A stretch of DNA of 64,000 nt, from the NCBI GenBank assembly GCA_946965045.2, contig OX337239.1:992001-1056000 (forward strand). Reading direction: 5' to 3'. The stretch is from Epithemia pelagica (Eukaryota > Protista > Bacillariophyta). Below are positions 11,250 to 22,220 of this stretch, piece after piece. A model generated the notes under the pieces. That model worked only from the letters and a program-made list of their open reading frames with translations, searched no databases and had not been told where the DNA came from. Position 1 is the first letter of the stretch, and every line of letters begins with the position of its first letter. The position numbers and the translations under genes were made by a program.

Positions 11250-12488
11250 ATGATGGTTTCCTCCCCCCGTTTCCGATATGAGCACCTGTTTTCTGTGGCG
11301 GCCTTGTTCATGGCATGGACCACAACGACGACGACGACGTTGGCCTTTTCCGTCGTGCCCTCCGTGCGACCACCAACACATGTGAGCCGCAGCAGCCATG
11401 GAATGACCTCCCAGTCGTCGTTTTCTTCGACGGCATTGTTTGCCACCAATAACAATAACAAGATTGCCGTCATTGCCGGTGCGACGGGTTATATTGGCAA
11501 GGCGGTCGTTCGCGAAAGTGTTCGACAAGGCTACGAGACCTATGCCTTGGTACGGAATCAAGCCAAGGTCGAGTCGGACGAAGGTCAAGCCTTGTATGGA
11601 GAATCCTTCCAAGGTGCTACCATTGTCGAATGCGATGTGTGTGAACCCACCAATCTGCAACAAACCTTGCAAGACCTTTCCAAAGACAAGAAGAAAAAGA
11701 TTGATGTCATTGTCAGCTGTTTGGCAAGTCGAAGTGGTGTCAAGAAGGATGCCTATGCCATTGATTATCAAGCCACATTGAATTGTTTACAAGCCGGTCA
11801 AGCCGTCGGTGCTCGACACTTTGTCTTGTTGTCAGCATTTTGTGTCAAGAATCCCTGGTTGCAATTCCAACAAGCCAAGTTGAAATTTGAAGCAGCCTTG
11901 CAAGAACAAACCGACATGACATGGACCATTGTTCGACCGACGGCCTTTTTCAAATCAGTGTCGGGACAACTGGAAGTTGTGCAATCTGGTGCCCCCTATG
12001 TCATGTTTGGAGATGGCGAAGTGACTCGGTGCAATCCCATTGCCGAGTCGGATTTGGCCACCTACTTGGTCGATTCCGCCAAGGAACCGTCGCGACGGAA
12101 TCAAATCATCAATTTGGGTGGTCCCGACGAACCCTTGACTATGCAACGACAGGGGGAAATGTTGTTTCAGGCCATTGGGAAGGAACCCAACTTCTTTTAT
12201 GCTCCCCTATGGTTGTTTGATACCATTATTGATAGTCTTCAATGGTTGGCCAATGTGACTGGTAGTGAAGCCTTGGAAAATGCCGCCGAGACGGGACGAA
12301 TTGGCAAGTATTATGCCGTTGAGGATATGCTGACAACTGACCCCAAGGAAAAGTATGGCACCATTACCCTGCAAGAACATTTTGATCGCATTGCGGTGGA
12401 AGGACAAGAATACGATCCCTACACGACAATGTTTGCCAAGAAACCCACCAACAAAGCCAAGGCCGAAGAAGAAACAACTTCTGTCTAA
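11250..12488 (+). CDS. DVR: 3,8-divinyl (proto)chlorophyllide a 8-vinyl reductase, NADPH-type (canonical-looking paralogue), plastid-targeted
   Basis: Same N-DVR/BciA motif set, including NLGGPDEP and [11 protein letters not shown]. Bipartite presequence with TLA-FSV cleavage motif. Confidence 0.88.
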   Translation: MMVSSPRFRYEHLFSVAALFMAWTTTTTTTLAFSVVPSVRPPTHVSRSSHGMTSQSSFSSTALFATNNNNKIAVIAGATGYIGKAVVRESVRQGYETYALVRNQAKVESDEGQALYGESFQGATIVECDVCEPTNLQQTLQDLSKDKKKKIDVIVSCLASRSGVKKDAYAIDYQATLNCLQAGQAVGARHFVLLSAFCVKNPWLQFQQAKLKFEAALQEQTDMTWTIVRPTAFFKSVSGQLEVVQSGAPYVMFGDGEVTRCNPIAESDLATYLVDSAKEPSRRNQIINLGGPDEPLTMQRQGEMLFQAIGKEPNFFYAPLWLFDTIIDSLQWLANVTGSEALENAAETGRIGKYYAVEDMLTTDPKEKYGTITLQEHFDRIAVEGQEYDPYTTMFAKKPTNKAKAEEETTSV

Positions 12489-13295
12489 GTTCGGGACAAG
12501 AAATTGCTTAACTATAACTTGCGAAAAAAAGAGAGTGAACGTTCCTCTCGTCGAAACATTCTTGCCCCTACTCTGTTCACAATATATATATTTAGTTATT
12601 GTTAGTAGTAGCGTTGATACGCTCAACGGCGTGGGTTACCCTGTCCGACCAGTGTGGATCGAATGTGGCGTTTACGCCTTGTTGTGTCTTTCGATCATTC
12701 ATCGGATTTCACATGAAGAGCTCCGGTTTGATGGATCCTTGTGTTTTTCTTCCCCTTGACAAGAACAGAAACTGTATCGAGAAGAACAGCAACCGAACAG
12801 CAAGAAGGTGACATCGGGCAAATCATCCCACTTGCCGTTCCGTGGCGTTGCATACTCGAAGGTTGGATATCGGACTCGCAGTAGAGCACGCTGGAGCTTA
12901 TTTCTGTAGAGAGTGGAGCGCTTTCACTAATTCGGATACACTCTCCTTCTGCATGAACATGACATTGAACCTCTGTTCCCCTCTCTAACCATTCTATGGC
13001 AGTTCGTTCATGCTATCTGTAACGCAAAAGACGTGACATATATGGTTCTATTGGCATTGTATGCATTACATGTATCGGTAACATTCCTCTGGCACTGCGA
13101 AACCCCCACTGGCGTCGACAGTGTAGACTATAAGGTTCTCGACCATGGCAGTTGCAGTTTGGTTAATTATTGATGGTGTGTCTCATGCATGCGAGTTCCA
13201 GGGGTCCGACAGACACGATAATATGTAGTTTTGGATCCAGGACTCTTTGATCACACACATACACTAGTTTCGTTGGAGCGCGCAACACGCACTGT

Positions 13296-13758
13296 TTAAA
13301 ATTGGTTGGGATCGGGCAAGTTGGTCAAAATGACAGCGGCCAAACCGGCAGCTCCCACCAATCCACCAGCGGCAAACAAGGCAGATAGTGTCTTTTCTTC
13401 CGATGATCGAGAGGAGACTTCCATTTTGGGTTCAATCGCCCACACATTGGATTTGCCATCTTGGTCGACCGACACACCTCGTTCCATGCTCGAACTAGTA
13501 GAAGTGGTCATGACGGGAGGTTCTTCCAAATCCGTGCTCATGGCAACACGAGACGTTTGCTTGGTCATTGGGGCGACTAAGGTTGCAAAACAAGCAATGA
13601 TTCCAAACAATAATACACCGAGGCAACATGAAACCAGTGAGATACCGGTCCATAAAACACAAGAGAAAATTGCGAACACATCATCACTCGACCTCACCTG
13701 TAAATGCTTGGGCGCCAGCGACCAACAAGAAAAGAGCGAGGAAGGAGAAACGAGCCAT
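13296..13758 (-). CDS. psb34: Small plastid thylakoid protein, Psb34 (Ssl1498)-like; 2 exons (13758-13698, 13576-13296)
   Basis: Exon 1 MARFSFLALFLLVAGAQA-FT is a signal peptide + AF motif; GT-AG intron 13697-13577. Mature part DQDGKSNVWAIEPKMEV + one TM helix (LFAAGGLVGAAGLAAVIL) resembles cyanobacterial Psb34 as I recall it (DEGGRLNNFAIEPKVY + TM). Confidence 0.6.
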
Positions 13759-14156
13759 GGTTGCGTATAACGTTGTTTGTTTGGAGTTGCTTTTGGTTTA
13801 TTGTGACAGTGTTCAAGATCGCTGCGCTCAATTGACATTCCCACAGTGAGTCTTCCAACAGACAAGAAGACGTGGTTTTCGCGCAATCGGAAGATGACGG
13901 TAGCAACGGACCAATGAGAGTTTGTAGCACCGCGGTTGGCATGTGATTTGCCCGTATGACGTGGTCGATACGATTCCATCGTCACGCACCAAACGCGGCA
14001 GCTGTGACATCTCGTACAAAAGCGACTGAGGTCGCGGAATTCCGATTGGGTCCCCAAGATTTGAGTCCTGTTTGACGTTGGGTGTCAGACGAATCTTTCA
14101 AACTCACACCGAGATTTTTTTACAAGTAGAAGGAACCTGACTAACTCCATGCCAGA

Positions 14157-14336
14157 CTGTGTAGGTAGTTCGTCTCACATTTTTATACTACAGTAGGAAT
14201 TTTTTGTACGACCGGGAAGTAGTTTCGTGCGAGTCGCGCGGTTTCCCTCTCGTGTGTGACACTTGTATGACACTTGTGTGACACTTGTGTGACACTTTGT
14301 GACATAGCTTCCAGGAATTTCTCACTACCTACACAG
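14157..14336. repeat. MITE-like unit: 13-bp inverted repeats enclosing an 11-bp tandem array
   Basis: CTGTGTAGGTAGT (14157-14169) / ACTACCTACACAG (14324-14336). Internal GTGTGACACTT x~4.6 at 14254-14304. No TSD seen. Confidence 0.55.
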
Positions 14337-14357
14337 CTTGATAGGGAGTAAGTTTAC

Positions 14358-14531
14358 TACTTCCCTGTGTCTGGCCGTCCTCTCGCGTCGGGCGCGCCCG
14401 GCTTGTCGGGAGAATGACTCGACGGGCAATTGTCTTGTCGGGCGTGCGCCCTCCTCGACCATTGCCCTCCTCGTCATACTACCCTCCGCGCCGGGCGGTC
14501 CCTCCTTGAAAGGACTCGACACCGGGAAGTA
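14358..14531. mobile_element. Putative 174-bp MITE (TA-flanked, Tc1/mariner/Stowaway-like)
   Basis: TACTTCCCTGTGTC (14358-14371) vs GACACCGGGAAGTA (14518-14531), 13/14 inverted match. GC-rich non-coding interior. Additional CCGGGAAGTA copies at 14212 and 15942. Confidence 0.5.
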
Positions 14532-16341
14532 TTAATACTAATTTGGCAGTCTGACTAAATTTGGTGGGCGGATTTCTGGGGTCACCGCGATGCCACCGTA
14601 GAAAACTTTGACAAAGCCCAGAACGAGATCTGTCGATTGGGCACTTCAAAATGTGTTTTTGTCGCCAAATGGATGAAGGAAAGTTTAAATTGGTAGTCTA
14701 ACTCAGCTACCTGCCCACACACAGTCTCGATCAGATTTGGTGAAGTCTAGCAAGAAATGATAATGACAAAGTCAGCATCCATCAAGGTAACGTGAATGCA
14801 TAGTGTGTACCCAACAACTTCATTGTTGTCAACATGCAACGTCTACCTTCAGCTCCAACAGTATCATTATCAGCACACATCGTGTACATCATGCTAAACC
14901 CTATGTGATGATTGGATTTGTGTTCATCGAGATGAACCTTCATTCTGATACCCAACTTACTCTTGGATTCTTTGTTGAAGACAGGACAAACAGCACCACA
15001 GATCATCTTGAGGTAATCAAAGGACACAGGCATCTCCTTCTGACCATTGTACTCATACCAAACAGACCTGATGATACACGCAGGAACCACTGTTGACATT
15101 CTCGCTGTGTCTTGTCCAACAGAACTGACATCTATCTCGACTCGAAGGGAACCAGCAGTAGAATGAACAACAAGAACTTGATCCTGTCTATTGAGAAAGC
15201 CATGAAGGACATGAAAGACAATGATTAGGGAACAAAATCCGATTAATTAGTGTTACAGTGTGAAGTTACGTGTTAATTCACGTGATAGCCCTCATAAACA
15301 TTTTGGTCCAAATTAGTACGGGCTATCGCGGATCGCGGTGCCAAATTGTCAGGTAGACCAGATATTTGCCAGAATCCAGAAATCCAGAAAATCCAAAATA
15401 ACTCGACCGGGCGTTTATCTTTTTCAAAATAAAGGTTATCACCAGATAGAGCTCGTCGAGCTCTGTCGATTCCGCTGCAAGTCAAATTTTTGACAAATAT
15501 GTCAGTCATTTCACTTTTTTAGTGACCGCACAAACTACTTAACAAAAAAGTCAAAATACTCTATGGGTATATCAATCCACGTCACTCCACGTATGCCTAA
15601 TCTATAGGGAGTGTTCGCCCAGGACTCACCTCCTCTTCGTTTGTAAGTGATCATTGATCTTGTGATACCATAGGAGACCATGGACTCTACAAGAGAGTCG
15701 GGTTGTCCATTGGTGTTGATGAGACAAGTGGTTTTTGGGGTTTTGTATGAAAATGGGAAATTAGCGATTTCAGAACAAGCAGCCGTCAAAATACGAAGTT
15801 CTGACTATCGTACGAAAAGTACATTACAATACGCTTCATATGTGACAAACAGTAGGCCTATAACATATTGGTCATTGAAATATCACAGATCGAAAACAGC
15901 AAAGAGTGTGAATACTAGTTTAGTTTCTTTCCCACCTAGGGCCGGGAAGTAATTCTACTTCTTAGTTCGCTAAATGCGCACGCCGGTTTTTGATCTTGGT
16001 GTAGACTAGACAGTCGTCACTCGCACTTCTGTCGCGTCCTCCAAAACTACATCATCAGTCATCAAAGATTCTTCGGCGGTCGGTAGGTCCTCAAGTTTGC
16101 TATCGTCCATTTGGATCACTGGGGGAGTGGTCTTCGGGATACTGAAGGCAAACCTCGCTTTGAGGCCTTCAAGTCGCCTTTGATCGTTGCAAAATCACAA
16201 ATTTGGAAAATGACGATATTGTCATCATTTTTTGAATCACGAGTTGTTGGTCATAACTCACGTGGCATTTTGTTAATTGGATTGCAATTTTGTTATGTAT
16301 TTTTGGTGACAAATTTGTCAGTGACCGGGCCAAAAAAAGTG

Positions 16342-16359
16342 CCGGGCTGAAAGGGTTAA
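16342..16359. mobile_element. Possible orphan piggyBac-like terminus
   Basis: ...CCGGGCTGAAAGGG-TTAA matches the TTAA-CCC(TTT) end pattern of piggyBac-type elements. It terminates an AT-rich tract containing the palindrome TGACAAATTTGTCA. No partner end found. Confidence 0.3.
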
Positions 16360-17105
16360 CATTGAAATACGGCAACATGGTCGTGACTCAGAATTTATGG
16401 CGTGACTCATGCGCCAAACCGTCAGGTTGTAGTTGGCTGACGCGTGTAAAGTGTGATGGCAAAGGGGCCGAACGATGTGCTGGTGTGATGTTCGGTACTT
16501 CTTCTTTGGTGGATCTGTCGCGTTGGACGATTTCCAGACCCACCAGGGCGAAGTTTTGCCGTAGATCATCGTTCTTTGTGGACTTGACACCCCTCAATTG
16601 GCCACCTCACACAAGAACCACAACAATCGGTGTACCATTGTCAATAAAATACTTGGCAGATTGTCAGTAGTTGTTGGCTCATTGTACATCTGCCTCTATT
16701 GTTGTTCTGTGCTGACTCATTCTTCTTAACATCCTTGTATTATCCAAACAACCTGCATAGTCAATAGTTGCCGAGTGTTGCTACCGGTGGCATTCTTTGG
16801 CATTCTCTCGAGTATTGGGGTTTTTTCGTAGACCCTTTTCATAACGATCAACAACCCTTGATTGCTGCAACGTAAGTCCATCCCTTGACATGATGATGAT
16901 GATGATGATGATTACGAATCATTGTTGATTTCAAGAGCGGACTGTCGTGGCGTTCTCGCTTTCCTTGACACTCAAACCAAAGCTTTCTCACTCCTTTGCA
17001 CCTTCCATTTCTTGCCACACCAGCTAACTGCGTTCACCAGCAACCGATCATTTCATTTGCACTGTGCGACCATACATTGCTCTTTCTTGTACACAACCAG
17101 ACACC

Positions 17106-18764
17106 ATGACACGTAGAACGACTGTCCTTCTTGTGGGTGCCTTGTTATCATGGGTTCCGTCGACTGAGGCCTTTACGTTGCAACAACCACAATCAATATC
17201 GCGTGTTGATTTCAATGCGAGGAGAATAATAGAACAACCATTCGTACGGAATACTGGAGGAGTGAAGGACCATGCTACTCGAGGCTCAACAACAACACAA
17301 TCACAGTTGTTCATGTCGCCCAACAAGGAATTGCAATACGACGAAACAACGAAACCACAGGTATACCCTCAACGATGGATTCAGTTGGGTTACTTGTCTG
17401 TTCTGGCCCTGATTTCCGACTGGATTTGTTTTTCCGTCGCGGCTGTTCCTAGTACTTACGAACAAGCGTTTCATCATTCAGCTGCTCAATTGATTGACTT
17501 TTTCTTGTTTACCAATGTCGTCACTTCCTTCCTGGTAACGGATTTGGTGGATAAGTTTGGTTTGAAAAAGGCCATCCAGGGTGCTGCTGTCCTCATGGCC
17601 GTTGGATGTTGGTTCCGATCGGGCCTGTCCTTTCTACCCGTCATTCCTCAGGCGCCTCATTTAATGTCCTATGCCTCGGTCGTCATTGGTACCATTATGG
17701 TGGGTGCAGCCCAACCCTTTTTCCAATGTACACCACCTGTCTTGTCGGCTACCTGGTTTGCCTCTTCGGAACGTGCCACGAGTACCGCCATTGCCCTCAA
17801 TTTTAATCAAATTGGCATTGCCACTGCCTTTTTGGTGGGCGGCGCCATGGCGACTACCGTACCGGGCCTTGAATCCTACTTTGGTTTGATTGCCATGTTT
17901 TCCACCGTCACAGCCATTGGTACACTGTTCCAATTTCAAAATGAACCTCCCATTCCGCCCTCGGCATCGGAATTGGAGAAGAAACTCAAACAATTTGAAG
18001 AGCCACCCTTTTTGGAATCGGTGCAAAAGTTTTTCCAAACACGAGGGTTCAGCAATGCACTCGCCGCCTTTATTTGTTCTATTAGTATCACCAACATTGT
18101 CGGAGCCTTTTTGGACGATATCATGTATCGAGGGGGTATCACGAATCAACTCAACATCGATTTGGCTGGTGCCGGTTTTGAATTGGCGATTTTGATTGGT
18201 GGTATTATCATTGGTGGATTTGTGGACAAGACCAAGGAATACAAAAAGGTTACCATGGCGTGTCTGATTGCCACGATCGTCATGTCAATACCACTGGGCT
18301 TGACGGATCATTCCATGGGGAAAGAACCTCTCCTGTTGGTCATGTCCTTGTTGGGATTAGGCATGGCAGCCGGACCGGTCCAACCCATTAATGCCGAATT
18401 GGCCGTCGATGTGACGTATCCCGGTGATGAAACGGCGGTGGAATCGGTGCAACAAATTGGTGGTAACTTGATTTCGGCACTTTTGATTCCCTTGGCCGAA
18501 TTCCTCTCCAAACGTGACTTTAACCTCTTGTCGGGAGTTCCATTTTTGGAATCCGACATTCGGGGAGATTCCTTGTTAATGGTTGGTCTGGCACTGATGA
18601 CCTTGACCTATTTTAATACCTTTGATGCCCCCCTTGCCAGAACACTGGCCGATACATCCGAACAGCGAGACTCGAGCGACCAAAATATGCTTTCCTCGGT
18701 CAATGGCTCTTCCTCACTGCCTGCGGCACAAGATATCGAGTCGGTCATTGTTTCCGATTCGTAA
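17106..18764 (+). CDS. FLVCR/SLC49-like MFS transporter with bipartite plastid presequence
   Basis: MTRRTTVLLVGALLSWVPSTEA-FTL presequence. YPQRWIQLGYLSVLALISDW and GAAQPFFQCTPPVLSATWFASSERATSTAIALNFNQIGIATAFLVG match FLVCR-family motifs. About 12 TM segments; single exon. Confidence 0.75.
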   Translation: MTRRTTVLLVGALLSWVPSTEAFTLQQPQSISRVDFNARRIIEQPFVRNTGGVKDHATRGSTTTQSQLFMSPNKELQYDETTKPQVYPQRWIQLGYLSVLALISDWICFSVAAVPSTYEQAFHHSAAQLIDFFLFTNVVTSFLVTDLVDKFGLKKAIQGAAVLMAVGCWFRSGLSFLPVIPQAPHLMSYASVVIGTIMVGAAQPFFQCTPPVLSATWFASSERATSTAIALNFNQIGIATAFLVGGAMATTVPGLESYFGLIAMFSTVTAIGTLFQFQNEPPIPPSASELEKKLKQFEEPPFLESVQKFFQTRGFSNALAAFICSISITNIVGAFLDDIMYRGGITNQLNIDLAGAGFELAILIGGIIIGGFVDKTKEYKKVTMACLIATIVMSIPLGLTDHSMGKEPLLLVMSLLGLGMAAGPVQPINAELAVDVTYPGDETAVESVQQIGGNLISALLIPLAEFLSKRDFNLLSGVPFLESDIRGDSLLMVGLALMTLTYFNTFDAPLARTLADTSEQRDSSDQNMLSSVNGSSSLPAAQDIESVIVSDS

Positions 18765-19077
18765 TGACACATGTGTAAGAAAGGACACAAGAGTCCCTGT
18801 CCGTTGCTGCTGCTACTACTACAGATTGTAAAAAGCTTTGAGAACCTTTTCTGCATCAAACTTTCTTTGTCTCGTAAGGTACATATCTATGAACAGTTCA
18901 ACTTGTAGGACCTTGGTCTAAGGGAATGACCACACCTCCTTTCCCCGATTCGTTTCTGGTCTTGGTACTATCACAATCACATTTTCTTCACCAACTGTTT
19001 GTTTGCATTCTTCTTATGAAAGTAGATATCGTAGAGGGTCATGTTATAGAAAAAGTTACTGGGGACGAATTGTTGTT

Positions 19078-20948
19078 TTATTCAATGGGTGGCAATCCGG
19101 TTCGAAGTCGCATACGTTCCGCGACCAAAAAGGCCAATTCCAAGGCTTGAGCACCATTCAACCGAGGATCACAGAAGGTGTGGTAACGATCCCGCAAGGT
19201 TTCTTCCGTCACACCCGACAAGCCACCGGTACATTCCGTCACGTCTTCTCCCGTCATTTCCATGTGGATGCCACCTGGATGACTTCCCATTTCGTCGTGA
19301 ACATCAAAAAAGGCTCGCAATTCATCACGAATCTTTTCAAAGTTGCGTGTCTTGATACCTGATTCCGTCTTGTAGGTATTGCCATGGACTGGATCCGAAA
19401 CCCACAAGACCGACTTGCCTTCCCGTTGAATCGCTCGAATCAAACCAGGCAAATTTTTGCGCAATTTCTCGGCACCCATGCGGACAATAATGGTCAATCG
19501 TCCTGGAATGTTTTGTGGATTCATGGTATTAACAATACGAATCAATTCTTCTGGACTGCATTTGTCGGAAATCTTGACGCCCAAAGGATTGCCAATACCT
19601 CGAACAAATTCCAAATGGGCCCCATCCAATTGTCGAGTCCGTTCCCCGACCCACAACATGTGTCCCGAACAGTCGTACCAACGATCCGTCACGGAATCAA
19701 GACGGGTCAAGGCTTGTTCGTACGGCAACAACAAACATTCATGGGCTACAAAAAAGTCAGTCTTGGTGAAGGCTGGACCACTCGTGTCGACACCAATGGC
19801 CTTCATGAAACGCAAGGATTCATCCACTTTGGTCGCAAACTTGCGATAACTGCAAAGAAGCATGATTCGACAAGAGAAGATGCGTAAGACGTTGCATGTC
19901 CGACAATAACAAGTTCCAGAAACAGCTGAAGTGGCGGATATACACATATGTGCCTCGTCGTCACAAACACAGTTACCCTCATCCACAGTTTGCTTTCATG
20001 ATACGTACCGACTCCCTGGAAGGGTCTTTTCGACAAAGTCCAAATTCCACGCGTGCAAGCGACTCATATCGGCGTATCCACCGGTCGAAAAGGCTCGCAA
20101 GATATTGAGCGTTTGCGCCGATTGATGGTAGGCTCGGACCATATTGTTCGGATTGTGTCGTCGCGCTTCCGGGGTGAATTCTTCTGTATTGATAATGTCA
20201 CCTCGGTAGGATGGCAGGGCCACGCCATCACGTACTTCGTCGGGTTCCGACCGAGGCTTGGCAAACTGACCAGCCATGCGTCCCACCTTAATAATGGGCA
20301 TGGAACTTCCAAAGGTCAAAATGAGGGCCATTTGCAAAATCACTCGAAAGGTATCGCGCACATGGTCCACATTGAATTCATTAAAAGCCTCGGCACAATC
20401 ACCACCCATTAACAAAAATCCTTGTCCAGAGCAGGCACGGGCCAATTGTTCGTGCAAGGATCGGACTTCTCCCGCAAAGACGAGGGGAGAATTCTTTTCC
20501 AAGGTGGCTACGGCCTCATCCAATTCTTCGGACGATTCGTATTTGGGTGCTTGAGAAATTTTAAAGTCTTTCCAGGAATCCGGCTTCCAATTGCGATTGT
20601 CCAACAGAATGTCCGACGGCGAAGGCATGGAAGGAGGAGGTTCTGTGGCAACCTGTAACGAAGAGCCACTGTAATGGTGATGATGACGACAGCGAAAGTG
20701 AGACACACTGTTGTTAGTGTGACGAACTCAAAGACATTCCCTGACACTGTTGTTTTGAAAGGATCCATTATGCGATTCAACGACCAAAACGCAACGTCGA
20801 AAGACTCCACCAGCAACCCCAAAAGCATGGCCATCAACGAACATCACACATACCGTTGTTGTGACCTTCTCGTCGTCGACGATGGACAAAAGGCATGACT
20901 TCCTTGCGACAGAAGCAACGCAGCTATTATGGAACTTTTTACCATCAT
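19078..20948 (-). CDS. DHS: Class II DAHP synthase (shikimate pathway), plastid-targeted; 3 exons (20948-20854, 20668-20009, 19849-19078)
   Basis: [22 protein letters not shown] presequence; GT-AG introns restore the frame. Motifs [73 protein letters not shown]. Confidence 0.93.
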
Positions 20949-21299
20949 CTTCCTTCGTGTTGCCAATCACTCTCACAAATTAATAAGATAGATACGTCAA
21001 TTCTTTCGTCCCTTGCGATTGCAAATTGCAACTGCAACAGACGTGCCAAAAGAGAAAGTGGTGGTCGTGGTCGTCGTCGTCCGTCGGCGGATGATGGGAG
21101 ACGGATCAAGGAGAGACACACTGGAAATATTTGGCGAGGAGAAGAACCGACCGCGAACCGACCGCGAGAGCCATTGAGATCTTGAGCGTCTGGACATTTC
21201 CCGGTGCAGATTCGTGGCAGGATTGCCACCGCAGTACTGCGTTGGTCTCTCTAGTACAATTCGTGGCTACAGTAAACTCGGGACCCAAAGATCCAAGGC

Positions 21300-21487
21300 T
21301 TCAACTCCGCGCGAATCCAGAAAAAATCCACAGACACAAAAAATAAACGCACGAATTGCTTCTCTTCTGTTCGACCGAAATGTCCTGCTTCGCCTTCGGC
21401 TTGGGGCGCGCACGACGGCAATTGTGTCTGGACCTGGACCGATCTTGGTCATTTTTTCAAAAAAATCAATGTCCCGCGGAGTTTGAA
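21300..21487. repeat. MITE-like inverted-repeat unit in the DAHP synthase upstream region
   Basis: TTCAACTCCGCG (21300-21311) / CGCGGAGTTTGAA (21475-21487), one indel. Interior AATCCAGAAAAAATCCA resembles the tract at ~15373. Confidence 0.4.
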
Positions 21488-22220
21488 ACTATCCAGTAAG
21501 AACCGACAGGATGGAAACACTTTTTGTGCTTTGACCTCTGATGCATAGAAGAAGAGCATGACCCGTCCATGAACCAAAAGTCATTATGCGTCGTGTTGAA
21601 TCATGCAGGAGAACTGGGCGGGAAGACGGAGTACGAAATCATATTCCAGTAACAGCTACTCCAAGAGGCAAGATTTGTCTTGCTGAAACACCTCTTTATT
21701 TACGTATACTGCCATCTTTGGTCCACTCCGAGTGATACAACGAGCTAATCGCTTCCTCGGAACTAACGCGTACCTGTTCGGCTTTGGGCTTGAAAAGGTC
21801 TGATCCAGGGATCCAACAGGCAGATATCCATGACACTCAATCGAAATTTTAGTCGATATGGCAAGCTTTTGCGCATTTGGTATTAAAGTAGCTGGTCGTT
21901 TGTACTACAAGATATATGAGGACTCAAGAATACTACCACGAGATCGAGAATCGATCGATATTGTAGGATGGGTGACTTTTTCTCCACTATTTTGCCCAAA
22001 AGGTAATGGCTGCGAGTGTAGTCAGTGTTGTGAGCACTAGCACTAGGTCACCCAACTCCACAGTTTCGAGTAGATGAGCTCAACACCATAAGAGAAAGGC
22101 AATTAGGTCTTCCGCACCATCTTCGACTGTTGCCGTGTATGAACATGTTTCGTCTTGTTGTTGAAAGGCGGGCGACAACTTCTTTCTAGAGATTTCGTAC
22201 GACATCACCGTGTATTCCTC

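Noticed and set aside
13759-14057. N-terminal 100 aa of the 253-aa minus-strand ORF
   Set aside because: Explained by read-through of upstream and intron sequence; the spliced model gives a proper plastid presequence.
14254-14304. Short repeat array as a possible CRISPR
   Set aside because: Contiguous 11-bp units with no spacers, in a eukaryotic context with no cas genes.
14782-15099. 105-aa minus-strand ORF in the TE-rich spacer
   Set aside because: No family recognised and no expression signals evident; left unannotated.
1-20948. BT1 folate transporter + DAHP synthase as a folate/chorismate gene cluster
   Set aside because: 17 kb apart with unrelated genes between them, and no other pathway enzymes present.
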